Source: Octopus vulgaris
Lineage: Eukaryota
DNA: 64,000 nt
Direction: 5' to 3'
Assembly (NCBI GenBank): GCA_951406725.2
Contig: OX597821.1
Coordinates: 81,716,001 to 81,780,000, forward strand
Below the pieces are notes generated by a model that saw nothing but the letters and a program-made list of their open reading frames with translations, did not search any database and was not told the DNA's origin. The translations under genes and the position numbers were made by a program. This document shows positions 1 through 12,498 of this stretch, piece after piece. The stretch's first letter is position 1; each line of letters opens with the position of its first letter.

Positions 1-637
1 TCATATACACATACAGTTACAGATATGAATATACTATTTTCCATTTATAAACATACACATTTACACAACATTTTACACTAACACACATACACACACCACC
101 CACGCTATTTACACGCTCTTGCATGAACAGACACACATCACACATTAACAGAAAGATAGATTCCTGGGTGAAGAGATGAGAAAAGGAGAGGCAGAGTTTC
201 AGTACCATATGGTTGAATGACATTCCCAGAATTCTAATATAATTAGCAGTGATGTTTGTAGAAGGAGGGGGTTCTGAGAGTCTGAAGGAAGGGAAAGGTA
301 GCAGATGTCATATTAATTAAGAGTCTCTAACGAAACTAAAATTAAACCAGAAACTCAATCATTTGAAACTGTTTTGTTGATGTAGCAGGTTGAGAAAAAT
401 CTCTAAATGGAAATCCTATACTTCCTTGACACAACCAAGGAAGGATGTTACTGTTTTTGATTTGTTTTAAGGAGCACAAGGTTAAATTGTTATAATCCAG
501 TCTATTAGTCTTATCATATGACATTATTAGATTTAATTCTCATTAGCAACAACAAGCCAAGGGACCATTTATATCAGAGGTGAAGACCCGTCCTAGTACA
601 TGGGGTGAATTCTAAGTACACAAGAACCTTTGTGTTA

Positions 638-737
638 GAAGGAAACAATAGAGTGCAGCTGTTTGGATGCTGATGATGGGGCACGGCTGACAGGGCCCCT
701 AGCCTGTTTTAGGGACAGTGTTTTTTGGCACAAGAGG
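638..737 (+). repeat. Copy 1 of an unclassified ~100-bp dispersed element (other copies at 19351-19457 minus and 58139-58238 plus)
   Basis: Ungapped manual alignment to 58139-58238 gives 72/100 identities. Core is GGATGCTGATGA..GGCA.GGCTGAC.GG..CTGTTTT.G..ACAGT. Confidence 0.75.
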
Positions 738-1147
738 CAAAAACACTCACACATATGAGTGCAAGATTACACCCTTACAGATAGCCATTGCAAACTTGCC
801 TAGACCAATACAACTGGCAGGGTAGCTATCATTCTTGGTAGCTGTTGTTATACACCTACCAAGAATGACAATGGTCAGTTTAAAAATTTGGTGAGGAAGG
901 GTTTATTTTGAAAGAAAAAGTTAGAATTGGTCAACGTGTTTACAACAGGATTTTGGGAGGTGAAAGGCAGCAGAGGCGACAAGAAGAGGCAAGAAGTAAC
1001 TTCATTTCTATGACTTATGGCCAGTAAACCATTTCAGTCGTCTTTGTATCCATTTCATTTGAGAGGGGGATAAATGTTACACAATCTTACCAATCCGTTC
1101 TAACAAATTTCAAACTCAAAGGCTATGGAACAAATCAATATTAACTT

Positions 1148-1350
1148 AAGGCAGCAGAATTGTCAGCACCCAGGGCAAACTGCTTAATGGAGTTTCATTT
1201 ACATTCCGAGTTGAAATTCAGCCAAGGTTGGCTTTGCCTTTCATCCTTTTGGAGTCAATTAAGTAAGTACCAGTTGAGCACTAGGGTCACTGTAATTGAC
1301 TTACTCCCTGCCTCAAAACTACTGGCCTTTTGCCAAAATTTGAAACCAAT
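1148..1350 (+). mobile_element. tRNA-derived SINE, Meta-domain-like family
   Basis: Head GGCAGAAT..TAGCAC, then GAGTTGAAATTC, then GCCTTTCATCCTTT..GTCAAT..AAGTACCAG. More than 10 related copies lie in the window. Confidence 0.8.
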
Positions 1351-1732
1351 TTTAACATACACGACCATATCGCTGAACCTGCTTTTCTTCTGTGCCATGC
1401 TTGCAGGTGCAAGCACACACACAAATCAAAACTTTCAAATACTCTCATCGCGACTGTGAGTGCGAGTGACTGACTGTATAAGTATGGGTGTGTGAGTACT
1501 TGGACGCAAAAAAAAATGTGTACTTAAGTATCTATGAGTGCACTTGAATGAGCATGTCCTTAGGTGTTTTACTGTTCCTGCATTGATGGAATGCGAGACT
1601 GGTCTACATTGCTTCTGCATGCTTTTCCAAGTGCACATACATATACCACACTCCCACACATTTTTCTGAATCCAAGGAATAAACCTAATCCTGATTAGGA
1701 TGGACAGATTAAGTTATTATTGTTATTGTGTT

Positions 1733-1945
1733 ATGGCAGTGAGCTGGCAGATTCGTTATCATGCTGGGCAAAATGCTTAGCAGCATTTCGTTCATCCTAA
1801 AGCTGAGTCCAAATTCCGACCAGGTCCACTTCGCCTTTCATCCTTTCGGGGTCAGTAAAATAAGTACTGGTCGAGTATTGGGGTCAATGTAATTGACTAT
1901 CTTGCTCCCCCAAATTTCAGGCCTTATGCCTATAGTAGGAAGGAT
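1733..1945 (+). mobile_element. tRNA-derived SINE, Meta-domain-like family
   Basis: GGCAGTGAGCTGGCAGA head and GCCTTTCATCCTTTCGGGGTC..AAAATAAGTACT core, ending in an (ATT)n tail. Confidence 0.85.
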
Positions 1946-3866
1946 TATTATTATTATTATCAGCATCATCATCATTATTATTATTTTTATTATTATTGTG
2001 GCCTTGCGCCAAAGTTTGAAACATTAATTGTTGTCGATATTATTGTCATTATTTTCAAAACATAAATCCTAGAAGTTACTTCTAAGCTTTCAATTGGCTT
2101 GCTCCATCTTTGAAATTTTTTTTATCTTTTTTTCTTTTGATTGACTTAGAGCTAGAAAAGTAGTGCCAATGACCATTTTCAAAGCTTCTGAGACTGATAG
2201 GAGAAAAGTTGGGGGGGGTATACTTAAAACAAAGACCTGGATACAAAGATTGCAATGTTTTAGGACATGGATCCAAAATGACTGCAATTCGCCCAAGGGC
2301 CTGTTGTGGAATCAACTACTGGACCTTGTGTGCTTGTAAGGAAATCCATGACATACACCAAAGGGGCAAGTGGTGGTGTTAAACTAGGTGACAGATAAAG
2401 ACTTCCATACACTTCCTGTTTAACAAATTAAATTCACAAAGTTACTTGGGAACATGGTAGAAGGCACCTGTCCAAGGTGCTGTACAGTTAGAATCAAACC
2501 TGAAGTAAAGTAGTGAAGCAAATTTTTTTGACCACACAACCACATCCACCAGTGTTTCAGGGACTAGATTATGTTATGTCCCTGCATTCATTAAGATAAT
2601 ATTGTCCGAGGGAGGTTTAACTACTATTTCAAGGTTAAATGAATGACATGGAAGTAAAAGTAATAGCTAAACAAGGTGAAAATGACAGAGAGAGAGAGAA
2701 CTATGGACAAGTGAGGAACTGAAAGAGGAAGACAAGAATTTGAAGTGAAAAAAATACAAAAGAAAACAAAATATAAAGTAATTGGAAAACAAAAAGAGAG
2801 AAAACCAAGCTGACTGGGAGAACTAAACAAGGGCTACTTTGGGACCGTCTCTCATCAGATTTCTTACACTTAATCAGAAAAAACTTCTTTTCAAAAGCTG
2901 GTTTCAACAAGTGTTTTCTCTTTCATCAAGCAAAAACTCCCTTTTCTCTACTCTTCATCTCATTTCCATCACTGCCTTCTGTAATTTTGTCCTAAAATGT
3001 ATCTGCTAATGTTCTACTGAATTGGGTCTCTGAACCAATTTCCATTCCAGGGTGTAACCCGTTTATATCACTTATACTTCTAATGTACTTGAGGAAAAGA
3101 TGATTGTCATTGTCACTTTTAAGTTAAAAGAAATCAATCTCTCATTCCTCCCCTAATGTGCGTTTACTTTATGCACTAGAAATAGGGGAAACACGAACGT
3201 CATACAATCCTCTCTCTCTTTCCTTCCTTCCCTTAATATGCATGTTAGCCAATAAAGGAAAGAGACCTCTATTGATAAATATATTAACATTTGCCTCAAG
3301 AATTCTCTATAATGACAGGATATATTCTATTTAAGAGGCTGGATAGTTTCAAGTAGTCATAGGACAGACACAGTCAAACACACAAAAGCTGAGTCACTGA
3401 CCTTTCCCTCTCCCTCTCTCATCTTCACCGACTTACACTAAATATGAATAAAAATAGAAGTCTCTCCTTCCACTATCACTTTCATTTTATTTTCTTAGTC
3501 TAAGCATTAATAGATAAACCACTCCACTTTTACCAACCTCCTTCACACACTTTCCTTCCTCTGTTTAGCTCAAAAAATATTTCCCTCGCATTTTTCACAT
3601 TACCAAAATTTCATCACAAAGGTTGAGTTTCCTCTTCAGGTTCCAGAGAACGTTTCAGGCTAAAGCAACTGTTTCTATAACCTTTACAATACCAGCCCCC
3701 AAAGATTACCCCACAAAGTCTCATGTTACCAACCCACCAAATATCACGCCTGATCCAAAGTTATCAGCTTGTCTCTATCACTCATAGGATTCTCGCACCC
3801 ACGGCCACCCCTAATCTATATTCCAATCCATTCAATACTGTCCCTGGTTCCTTGTTACCAACTTAC

Positions 3867-3891
3867 CCATGACCATCCTAGCTCATAATCC
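3867..3891 (-). CDS. Weak candidate 25-nt exon, phase-compatible with the 7341-7286 exon (would add K-DYELGWSW)
   Basis: Minus strand reads tacattttttaatacag|GGATTATGAGCTAGGATGGTCATGG|gtaagt and is open in the required phase. It lies in degenerate repetitive sequence, so it could be chance. Confidence 0.2.
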
Positions 3892-4289
3892 CTGTATTAA
3901 AAAATGTATATTTAAGATGAAATCTTATTCGAAACCTACTCACAACATAAAATGATAATGAAACGTTGGAAGGAGTTGATTTTTAATTCAAAAACATTTA
4001 TTTTATTTTCATTGTTGTACTCCAGACACCAGTATATCATTTCTGGGTATACTGTGACAATTTGGCTATATTCAACCCAGCTGCTTGTTCAGTTTATTTC
4101 ATTATGTTTAAAGTTTGTGATTTTGAGAGAGATAAGCAAAGTCAGTTTGGTGCGTGGAAGCTTCAATTCCTAAATACTTCATTTATACAGAAGTTAAAAG
4201 CAGAAACTACAAGATGTAGAAGAATTAATTTGGCTTTCTTCACCCATTTTCTCACACCCTTCTCTCTCTCTCTCTCTCTCTTCCCCTTA

Positions 4290-4625
4290 CTGAGGTAGCC
4301 ATGTATCTCCTTTACTGCAAGACGCCAATTTCTGTCCCTCTACTCATATCCTAACCTCTCATCTGGCACAAAGCCACTTTCTTCAACACTATTCTTTGCC
4401 TCAGCTAAAGGGTCTTGTCTTGTAAATTATTTGGTGACCTTGCTGCTGCCGGTGCCACATAAAAAGCACCCAGTACACTCTGTAAAGTGGTTGGCATTAG
4501 GAAGGGCTTCCAGCAGAAGAGATTATGCTAAAGCAGGCAGATAAACTCGGCAGTCTTCTGGCTTGCTGGCTCCTGCCAAATTGTCCAACCCATGCCAGCA
4601 TGAAAAACAGACATTAAATGAAGAC
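4290..4625 (+). mobile_element. 3' tail fragment of the RTE-like LINE or of a SINE sharing its tail
   Basis: GGTGCCACATAAAAAGCACCCAG..AGGAAGGGC..CATGCCAGCATG..GACATTAAATGA matches 47930-48241. Confidence 0.75.
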
Positions 4626-5051
4626 TATTGGCCTAGTATAGTTAATCTCTTTCTATTATATTATGACAATAATTTAAAATCCATTGACATGCCACTAATC
4701 CTTCACAGTAGCATCACTCAAAATAGGGACATACCTCTTTTGTTTAATTCGAAAGATTAACAAAACAGCATCCGGCTTAACTCTGACACTTCATTAAGAC
4801 ACCCAAATTTTTAGAGAATTATTCAAGCAAAGCTAACAACAAATGAAAACTTGGTTCTAATAAACCTAAATATATAGAGTTTAGCACAAGTTAACTGCTT
4901 TGCATTAACACCAGTATTTGACTGGTACTTTATTTTTCAACTCCAAGTAGGTGAAATGCCAAGTTGACTTCAGTAGGATTTCAACTCAGAATATGTACTG
5001 GGTGTCTTTTACATGTAAAAGATACTCAGTAGGCTCTGTAGAATAGTTGAC

Positions 5052-5267
5052 CATGTCCAGCAAGTTCACTGTCATCAATTCACCACAGGGCAAGTTCAGC
5101 GTCATCAATTCACGGTTTTTTGGGGTTTTTTTTTTCAATAAAAAAGTTTTTAACTATTAATGGTGAGATACTATGGATATATTTTCTTGGTAAACTTTCC
5201 TCATGGTGAATTGATGGCAGTGAACTTTCCCTGCAGTGAGTTGATTGTGGTGAACTTACCTGTAATC
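5052..5267. mobile_element. Foldback-type MITE with long sub-repeated TIRs, Mutator-like
   Basis: Left arm AAGTTCACTGTCATCAATTCACC is inverted at the right arm (GGTGAATTGATGGCAGTGAACTT). Flanking near-duplication atagttgac (5043-5051) / agagttgac (5268-5276). It interrupts an RTE-tail element. Confidence 0.7.
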
Positions 5268-5885
5268 AGAGTTGACATTAGGAAAGGTATCCAGCTGTAG
5301 AAACCAAGCCAAAACAGACTGGAGCCCAATACAGCTTACCATTTCCAGGCAACCCATCTAACCCATGCCATCATGGGAAAACAGACGTTAAATGGTGATG
5401 ATGATGAATGTAAAGAGTTGCTAACTAAATATTACAAAACATTCAGTTCAAGGCTCCACTGGTTTGGCTATTCTCTGCAGAAGTTAGGCATAAAAGCTTA
5501 ATACTCTTCAACAAATATTAACTTCACTAAACTTTTTAGCATTATTTTTGAGAGTTACCCAATCCTACAGTCTTTTCATTCAATGGTTTATTCCAGTAGA
5601 GAAAAATAACAGCAGCTACCAAGAATGACAACTACTGACTGCCAAAACTATTCTCTCTTTTTTTAGCACATCTTGGATTATTTCAACATCACAGATTTTC
5701 CTCAGCTTCAATGCAAAAGAATACAAATGTGAAATGTGTGAGAGAGACAGAGAGGGAGTGAGAGAAAGAGAGAGATGTGTCGGATAATTTCAGTGGATCA
5801 CATTATTTGCTAGCCTATGTGAATGTGTATAGATGTGCAAATATATATGTGTATACATACATACATACATATATATATATATATA

Positions 5886-5968
5886 CTTTATTTAAAGCAT
5901 ATTACTCTACCACTGGTATTTGAGTACTCTTTTTTCCACCTTGTTTCACATTTATGTGTTTACTCTGG
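5886..5968. repeat. Short element embedded in (AT)n; second copy at about 56746-56816
   Basis: TTACTCTACCACTGGTATTTGAGTACTCTTTTTTCCACCTTGTTT versus TTACTCTACCTTTGGTATTCAAGTACTATTTGTTTCCATCTTGTTT. Confidence 0.6.
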
Positions 5969-7285
5969 TATATATATATATATATATATATTTATAGTGT
6001 AATGTGTGTGTGTACATATATATATATAAAATGAGTGTTTAAGATATGTATGTATATATATATGTCTGTGTGTGTGTGTTGACACTCAGATGTATACAGA
6101 CATTCTTGGGTGAGAGAGAGAGAGAGAGTGAGTGATTTTATTTTCCAATGTTGGTGTTCTTTACTCCAAAGAATGACAATACATAGAGTAATCTTTGAGG
6201 TGTGTTTCTTTACAAATTCCACTCAAAACCTGCCACCCTTACCCTGCCCCCATCTTCACTTTCAGAGCTCCCCACCCTATTTGTTTTTCAACACTGGATG
6301 GAATTGTTGTAAATATTCATGTTAGTTTATAAATAGTTCTTAACAAAACATCACTCCCCCTCCCACCATTCTTCTTCTTTCTTTCTCTCTCACCCTTTCC
6401 ACCTCCCCCACAACTTAGACTGTTGACCAAAGATGCCTTCACCCAGCAAATCCTGTTACTCATTTTTCCTTGGTAAAAAACAAATTTTTTTAAATATTGG
6501 AGCCATCATGGATTACTACGGTAGGAACAACAACAGCAATTAGAATAGTCGCCACCACCACCACCATCACAATACTTATCTTTACAGCTACTTTCTAAAA
6601 CCGTCTCCACAATCACCACCCAGCACCACCACCATCAGCATTATAAAGAACAGTTGGTGTTCATCATTGAAACATCCACACCTAATACTCCAAAAAGAAA
6701 AAAAATGGAAAAACAACAAGACAGCCACTGCCCCCATCCCCTGCTACTATAGCTGCCACCGCCAACACCACCCATATAAACACTGAGTAAAGAAATTCGC
6801 TAAGTGTTTATATTTCTGTAGCTATTTCTGGGATAGATGCTAGTTATTTTAGTTTCCTTTGCACATGATTCCCTTCCTGGTTGTAATTGTAAACAGGCTA
6901 GTAGGCCCCTGCAGACCATTTTTGGTGAAGCTTCCTCAGAAATGCTCACTCCAATGGTCATTACAAAGTAAGATATTTTCAACAAGAAATTTAGAAAAAT
7001 AAAGTTCCAGATGAATAGCAGATGGCAGAGAATCTACCAATTGCACCTATAAGGAATGGTGCAAATATTCAGACAGATGCACAACTAGAAATAAATGTGA
7101 TTAATTTTACACACACACACACACATATATAGGTGCAGGTGTGGGTGGCTGTGTGGTTTAGAAGCCTGCTTCCCAAATGTATGGTTCCAGGTTCAATCCC
7201 ACTCTATGGAACCTTGGTTGTGTGGCATTCTCTAGTATAATAAAACACTTGTAAAGTCTAATATGGTAAAACATTAAATACTTAC

Positions 7286-7341
7286 TTTGTTATTATATTC
7301 CGTAGATCCGACATGTTTTCTTCAGAGGTGGGTGAAGCCAA
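7286..7341 (-). CDS. Internal coding exon (56 nt, phase 0 to 2) of an unidentified minus-strand gene: LASPTSEENMSDLRNIIT(K/N)
   Basis: Acceptor ttatttatttatattttgcag| and donor AAA|gtaagta. Only frame 0 is open. The sequence is non-repetitive and retains CpGs. Confidence 0.6.
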
Positions 7342-7502
7342 CTGCAAAATATAAATAAATAAATAATTAATATGATGATGATGAAATCGCCCTTAAGTAT
7401 TTGCAGGTTCAGTGAACAGAGTAGCAATCAACACAGAAGCATCATGAGGGTTGCAAATGTCTAACAGGGAATATCTTTTCTTTAGCAGCATATTAAGTAT
7501 TT

Positions 7503-7720
7503 ATAAGCATTTAGCATTCAGATTACCCTGACAAATCTAATGCTTATTTATTCACATTGCTTTGAATTGATCACGCATTACCCTGTAGCTTTACAATTTT
7601 GATGATGTGATTGTTTATTTTTAGAATCTCATTATAGGGTAGGTGTGAGAGGCCTGATCTAGTCAGTTTGAACATAAAACAAGCAGAATACTAGGACTAG
7701 AAACAGCTAAAATTTTAAGC
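7503..7720. mobile_element. Degenerate piggyBac-type (TTAA) MITE
   Basis: Internal sequence matches the copies at 26724-26941 and 54745-54965. The ends are eroded. Confidence 0.65.
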
Positions 7721-8239
7721 ATAAATAAACAATCAATGTGGTATGTTCTGACACCTACAAATATACCTTATTGATTCATTTTTCATTTACTAATCTGACA
7801 AGTTATTGCTGAGAATTATTAAAACCAAAATATACAGAGAGTTGACACCCATGTTTGATAAAGTCAGATTAAAATTACATTTAACACTGACTTAATTTCT
7901 TCTCACTCATTTGCTTGGTCATTCTTTTATGTACATTTTTCTATGGACTGGATGAATGCTTATTATTCAGGAATTATTTTATAGCCGGAAGCCTTTCCTG
8001 TTGCTAGCCCTTAACCATTTTTAAGGGACCTTTTTTATATTCCACTTATCTTTGAAAGAACTGTGCTGCAGGATGTGTAGTCAATAAGGAGTTTCAACAT
8101 AATGTCACCATTCTCCTCAAAAAGTTTAATGTGAAGACAGAATGTAAATATTCACACAAACACACAACATACTTCCATACAGTTTCCATCTGCCAATTCC
8201 ACTCACAGGGCATTGGTCAGGCCTGACATTACAATAAAA

Positions 8240-8393
8240 CAGGGGTTCTCAACTGGGGTCCACATAATATCTTGTTGTTAAAGTTTATGTACAATAAATT
8301 GCTTAAACTTCTACGATACACAAAATATTAAATTTCTTCTTTTTATACAATTCCTAATAATATCTAATTCTAAAAATACAGTAGGGATTTTTT

Positions 8394-8444
<51 letters not shown>

Positions 8445-8518
8445 ATGGCTATGAAGGTTTAGTAGAGTAAAATTGAAATTAAAGTGATCCACAGACAAAA
8501 AACAGTTGAGAACCACTG
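8240..8518. mobile_element. hAT (Charlie-like) MITE
   Basis: TIRs CAGGGGTTCTCAAC / GTTGAGAACCACTG with 8-bp flanks caataaaa / cagtagaa. It is inserted in a SINE and contains (AT)n. Confidence 0.8.
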
Positions 8519-8544
8519 CAGTAGAAGATACTTACATTCAGATT

Positions 8545-8790
8545 ATCATTACTATCATTGTCCACTTTCAACACTGGCATTGGTTGGACAGTTTGACCAA
8601 GAACTGGCAAGCTGGGAGGCTGCACCAGGCTCCAATCTGATTTGGCAAGGTTTCTACAGCTGGATGCCCTTCCTAACGCCAACCACTCTGAGAGTGTAGT
8701 GGGTGCTTTTTACATGCCACCGGCACAGGAGCCAGTCAGGCGGCACTGGTATCAGCCACTAGCACAGGTGCCAAAGAGGCAGCACTGGTG
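8545..8790 (-). mobile_element. RTE-like LINE 3' tail element
   Basis: Reverse complement of the ..AGGAAGGGCATCCAGCTGTAGAAACC..ATGCCAG.. tail. Confidence 0.75.
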
Positions 8791-10089
8791 ACAATATCTT
8801 GAATTAATCTTGCAGGCTAAATGCTTAAGGATTATAGGGCCACACAAAGAGATAGAACTTGAAACCACATGGTTATGAAGCAAACTTTCTATTCACACAT
8901 TCATGAAGTCATTCCGACACATTGCTGTCTAAGTTTTATTATTATTATTTTTTCTACACTTGCTTACATTTAGTCTAAGGGCCTTAAAGTGACTGGGGTA
9001 ATTTCCCTCACTCATGCATAAAACATATATACAACAAATCCCAAAGTTATTTACATCCACCCCCAGCTCATGCTATATACCCCTCCCTGCCACATGCAAT
9101 CGCTGTCCTTAAAGTCATCACCAATCACTACATTCTGTGAAAATTAGGTGACTGTGCCAGTGGTTGAAAGCAAAAAACAAAAACTTTCTATTTTTGTTCT
9201 TTTGAATACAAAAGGACAACAGATAGGTTCAAAGGAGGAGGAGGAGTAGGTATCTGGTGCAAAATACATGGATTCCTCTACTTTAGAGGCCAACAGTGAA
9301 GCTAAAGTTGGATGGTGTCACATGACCAGAACAACCCTGGCTCACCCCCCCCCTAACCCTTACACATATCACTTATTGTTCATTAACAATATTGTTTCAG
9401 TAAACTGGGGGAACAGAATGAAAGGTTCATGATGAGAAAGGTCAGTGGTTTATTATTTTGAGGGGTAAATCAAAGGTTTTGTTGTTATGAGGATACAATA
9501 GAATATCAGAATGCTAAGTGCTTGGGTAATTGATAAAGTCAGGGTAAGGAACAGAAGAAGGAGCAGGGAAGTTCCACAAAAAGCAATAGTAAATTGTTAG
9601 TAATGACTTGCTGACACTTAGTTAATTCTTGATCCTTATAAAGGTCAGAGGAAACAGAGTGGTTGGGGTGGGGGATGGAATTATCATTCTGAAATAGGGG
9701 ATTGATAACCATAATGTCATTGAGAAAAAGGGGTGATGCTTGCCTTAAAGAAAGAACTGAAATAGACGTATAGGTTTGGAAATAATGATTCTTTTTACAT
9801 TGGCACAAGGTCACAAATATGAAAAGGATAAGTATTTTTATTCAAATTCACTTCAGTAAATGACTGCTATCATTTTAATGAACTTTGAACAAGAGCAGGT
9901 ACAATAAACTCCAACATGGTTTGACTTAATCAAGTACTAGAGTATACATTTAGCTTGGTAGCTTAGTGTCCCAGCTGTCCTATGGAATTTTGTAGAACCG
10001 GACATGAAAAAAACATGTCTAGTATAACCACTCGAAAATAATTCAATGTTAGTACCAGCAGAGCGTTTGACTAATTAAAATGACTACCA

Positions 10090-10300
10090 TCATGTACAGT
10101 GTCATTCTTACAGGCAATATTTCCATGAGTAGCATGGACAGGCTTCCTGTGTAGCACCATGGTAAAGTACCATCTTTTCCAAACAAATACTACATAAGTA
10201 GTATGAATATGTCTTCTCCAAGGGAACATTTTCATAAGTGCATTGGAAGTGTCTACTTCAAAGAATCATACTTTATAAGTACACAGTAGTGTCTTGTCTC
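10090..10300. repeat. Degenerate ~40-bp tandem repeat
   Basis: About five recurring units of the form gtgtc.tct.caa.g.a.cat.t..cataagt. Confidence 0.5.
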
Positions 10301-10512
10301 ATTTAACACAAAATTTGTCATCTTTCATTATTTTTTTAAAGATATCAACATTTCCATGCTTGCATGACTCGGATGGAATTTGAGGCAGATTTTTCTATGG
10401 TCAGATGCCCTTCTTACTAACCCTTACTTGTTTTGAAGTATGTTAATATTTCCCTATGACATTCTCGCAGAAGATTGGAAACAAAGGACACCATGTGCAT
10501 GACAGTGATACC

Positions 10513-10770
10513 TTTTTTTTTTATCAGTTTCTGCTCCAAGCTATGGCCATGCTGGGGCACCGCCATTTTGCTACACTGTTATTGTTGAGAGCCACCTCTG
10601 ATATGTAGTATTTGATGAATAAGGGAGTTTGATGTTGCTCTCCTGTCACGAGGCGGGTTCATCTGGGACTTTTGACAGGAAGAGATCCAATTTTGTTTTG
10701 AAAACATTTACATCCTCTTTGTGTAGGTCCCTCAGGTTCTTTGGGACCTGCATTGATGTTTAACAGATGG
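10513..10770 (-). mobile_element. 3' end of a CR1/L2-group LINE (ORF2 C-terminus plus tail)
   Basis: Minus strand translates VPKNLRDLHKEDVNVFKTKLDLFLSKVPDEP, then after a stop/frameshift ATSNSLIHQI. This fits the CR1-type C-terminal LPxxLR..FKxxLDxFL..PDxP pattern. It is followed by the tail GGCGGTGCCCCAGCATGGCCA and an A-rich end. Confidence 0.8.
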
Positions 10771-10977
10771 TATTAGCGTTCTCCGTTCATTGACCATATG
10801 ATATCAAAATAGTATAACATTGATTGTCATCCAGATAATACCATAAAGGTATAAAGGAAATTATGGCCCACATAATACTAAAGATGCTTGTTGGCCAGTT
10901 GGTATCACAAACATACAAAAATGAAGTTTGCCCAATAATGAACAAATTAATTCCTATGATGCAGTTACTACTGACAC

Positions 10978-11608
10978 TCTTTTACTGGTTTCACTCATTT
11001 GACTGTGACCATGCTGTAGCACCACCTTTAGTCATAGAAATCGACCCCAGGACTTATTCTTTGCAAGCCTAGTACTTATTCTATTGGTCTCTTTTGCCAA
11101 ACTGCTAAGTTATGGGGACATAAACACACCAGCATCAGTTGTCAAACGATGCTGGGGGGGGGGGACAAACATATACACACAAGTACATATATATATATAT
11201 ATCTTTTACTTGTTTCAGTCATTTGACTGTGGCCATGCTGGAGCACTGCCTTTAGTCGAGCAAATTGACCCTAGGACTTATTCTTTGTAAGCCTAGTACT
11301 TATTCTACCGGTCTCTTTTGCCGAACCGCTAAGTTATGGGGACGTAAACACACCAGCATAGGTTGTCAAGCGATGTTGGGGGAACAAACACAGACACACA
11401 AACATACACATACATACATATATATATATACACACACACATATATACGATGGGTTTCTTTCAGTTTCTGTCTACCAAATCCACTCACAAGGCTTTGGTTG
11501 ACCCGAGGCTATAGTAGAAGACACTTCCCCAAGGTGCCATGCAGTGAGACTGAATCCAGAATCATGTGGTTGGTAAGCAAGCTACTAACCACACAGCCAC
11601 TCCTGCGT
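10978..11608 (-). mobile_element. CORE-like SINE (11203-11608) plus an adjacent 3'-half copy (10978-11200)
   Basis: Reverse complement of the 12291-12701 element. Confidence 0.85.
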
Positions 11609-12290
11609 CCACTATTAAATTATTGAGGTAATTAACGACATATAGAAGAACAAAAATGGCATTAACTAAGAATTTATTGATAATACTAACTACTGATAGT
11701 ACTAATGAATTTCAAATAATTAACCATTATTCAACAACTGGCATGACTAATCACAAGACAAATCACTGATCAGCAGAAGTGACTAACTATTCACTACTAA
11801 TCCATTGAGAGATTAAACTAAGGTCAATGACCACTAATCTACTGAAATTATATTGCCCACTAATCAATGGGGTTAATACAACAGTCAGAGCTGATCATAA
11901 ATTTAAAACACCACCACATAACTATATCTATCTTTTCAGTCACTGGACTGTGGCCATGCAGGAGCACCACCTTGAAGGACTCAATTTTATTTAAACCTAA
12001 TGCTTATTCTATTAGTGTTTTTTGTTGAATTGCTAAGTTACAGGAACATAAACAAACAAATATTTGTTGTCAAGCAGGGTGCGGGACACATATGATGGGT
12101 TTCCACACAGTTTCTGATTACCAAATTCAATCACAAGGCATTAGTTGGCCTAGGGCTACAGTAGAAGGAATTTGCCCAAGGTGTCATGCAGTGAGGCTGA
12201 ACCCCTAACCATGTGGTTGGAAAGTGAGCTCCCTAACCACACAACCATAACTTCATTCCCTCATACCTTAATATTTTGAAAACAAACATA

Positions 12291-12465
12291 CAGGCGCAGG
12301 AGTGGCTGTGTGGTAAGTAGCTTGCTAACCAACCACATGGTTCCGGGTTCAGTCCCACTGCGTGGCATCTTGGGCAAGTGTCCTCTGCTATAGCCCCGGG
12401 CCGACCAATGCCTTGTGAGTGGATTTGGTAGACGGAAACTGAAAGAAGCCTGTCGTATATATGTG

Positions 12466-12498
<33 letters not shown>

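Noticed and set aside
1091-1122. Minus-strand 32-nt exon candidate (ccatag|..TTG|gtaaga)
   Set aside because: It gives an immediate stop if joined directly to the 7286 exon and works only via the weak 3867-3891 candidate. Support is insufficient.
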